NCBI GenBank assembly: GCA_013265495.1
Contig: MU058584.1
Location: forward strand, 2,732,508-2,796,507
Length of the DNA stretch: 64,000 nt
Reading direction: 5' to 3'
Origin: Vicugna vicugna
Taxonomy: Eukaryota
A program made the position numbers and the translations under genes. This document shows positions 62,421-64,000 of this stretch, piece after piece (position 1 is the stretch's first letter; every line of letters begins with the position of its first letter). The notes beneath the pieces are model-generated. The model saw only the letters and a list, made by a program, of their open reading frames with translations. It ran no database searches and had not been told where the DNA came from.

Positions 62421-64000
62421 ATGTATACGTTTGTATGTATTTAATGACAAGAAATGACAAATGTCTTGAAGAACTTCCAAAGTGATACGTGAATGCATGC
62501 TCCTTGTGCAAAACATAGAGAAGGCAAGAAAAAGCAAAAGTACACATTAGCACCACTTCGAACTCCACTCTGCTCTCAGAAGTAACCACTGTTAACAATG
62601 TGCATCCTTCTATCTTCTTTTCCATGCATTTATACATACCATATAAACCTGTATACAGTTATTTATGCATAAATAGAACTTTATGGATCACTCTGCTACT
62701 TGATATAGAATTTCACAGAGTACATGTCTGTTCTACATAGAGAGGATGTTTGATGGGTATTAAATGTCTTAAACTTCTCAGAAGGCCCACCTAATACTGC
62801 GTATCAGGGCCGGGTCCTTCTGGCCCCTCTGTTAATGGGCATGTGATTTGGGGAGCCCCTTGGGAACAAAGAAGTGGTGTGAACAAGGCACCAGTCAGCC
62901 ACCTGGGGGAGGTTTGAGTGGTACGTCCTGCGGGACACCAGAGTTCAATGTGGAGACAGTTTCTTTTGCCCCCGGCTCCAGCACTCCATCATCAGTACTC
63001 CCTGGAGATGCAGAAGACTGTGCTAAAGATTTGGGACAGCCTGAGAGGTGTCGTTTATTCCCTCAACAGACATTGACAGAGTAGGCTACATGCCAGCGGC
63101 ATGCCAGGCTCAGGCCACCTCTGCTTACAGAATCCTCCTAAGAGCAGAGCAGAGTGGTGCGGGAGGCGTACGAAGACGCAGCAGTCCGCATCCAACTTGC
63201 CACCTGGCTTCCTCTGCCCTGACAGACCCAGAGATCACGCAGTGGCTGTGACATCTGCAGCTGCTGTGAATAACGAACTCATAGATGAGTGGAGAACCCA
63301 ATCGGGCCCTGTTCCCTGTGGGAAATTCTCCCATTCCCATCTGTACCTTCTGGTCTCTCTTCTACTGCATCCCACGATTACACTCTGTGTGTGCTAGTGT
63401 GCAGGAGGGTGGGGAGTGTGAGCGAGCGCGTGTGCACGGACTGTCCATGTGCTCCATGCTCTTGCACCCATGGAAGGATGGAAAGGCCCTGGGGAACCAT
63501 TGAGCTGGAGGGGACACCCCAAAAAGCATTTCTGTGCCTCTAGGAACGCTCCAGGAGTGCTCATGTGTCTAGGTCATGGACAACAGTTGGGTGTTTGCCA
63601 GCTTTTAAAGCTCTTCAAGGAAATTGGAGCATGTCTGAGCCCCTCCCAGACCCAATTTCAGCATACATTTTTGCAGACAAACCAACTTCCTCGTGCGTCA
63701 CCTGACTTCCTCCTAAACCACACTGATTCCTTGCATGGACCACATTTCCCCAAATACCAGATTTTCCCTTCTCGTCACGACTAAAACATTTTCAACTTTG
63801 TTTCCAACTCATTCCTCATAGAGGACTTTTTTATGTTAGAGATTTGACAATTCAGTTTTGAAAGGAGAACTACAAAGTCACTTTAAAAATATATATGAAA
63901 TATTCGTTCATTTTTGTGCAACTTTTACCTTTGCACATTTCCACATTTTTTCCTTTTTTTTTTTTTTTGTATGTGACTTGGTGCTCCACAACCCAGCTAA

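Noticed and set aside
36100..64000. Exons of the neighbouring gene (RXRG in human synteny) or another protein gene
   Set aside because: No nuclear-receptor or other recognisable peptide in the ORF track or by eye; ORFs such as 38741-39331, 42792-43370 and 53721-54317 cross microsatellites or lack coding features.
1..64000. CRISPR array, prokaryotic or viral cassette, or horizontally acquired insert
   Set aside because: No repeat-spacer array, operon-like ORF cluster, retroviral gag/pol/env or foreign-composition block seen; GC shifts are explained by CpG islands.

Overview
Mammalian genomic DNA, most likely camelid (tRNA-Ala-derived vic-1-like SINE, artiodactyl-type L1 3' ends and Tigger1 deletion derivative; no Alu, B1/B2, Bov-tA/BovB or PRE-1 seen). 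It holds the 5' end of LMX1A (LIM-homeodomain transcription factor) on the minus strand: a probable non-coding exon 1 (donor at 35073), coding exon 2 (ATG at 34274, CDS 34199-34274) and exon 3 (31765-31951, the complete LIM1 domain), all within a ~5 kb CpG-rich domain. Bases 1-31764 are the start of a long intron 3; exon 4 is not in the window. Bases ~35.5k-64k are upstream intergenic DNA with no other coding exon I can recognise. The remainder is interspersed repeats (L1, L2, MIR, hAT and Tigger DNA transposons, one ERVL-type solo LTR), microsatellites and repeat-free blocks rich in homeodomain/SOX motifs that look like developmental enhancers. I found no evidence of a new protein-coding system. 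The best leads are cis-regulatory: an intron 2 LMX1/OTX motif pair and perfect inverted repeat, an orphan CpG island ~18 kb upstream, a CTCF-motif cluster and a compressed SOX-OCT element. Repeat names and motif calls are by eye and from memory and need RepeatMasker and alignment confirmation.
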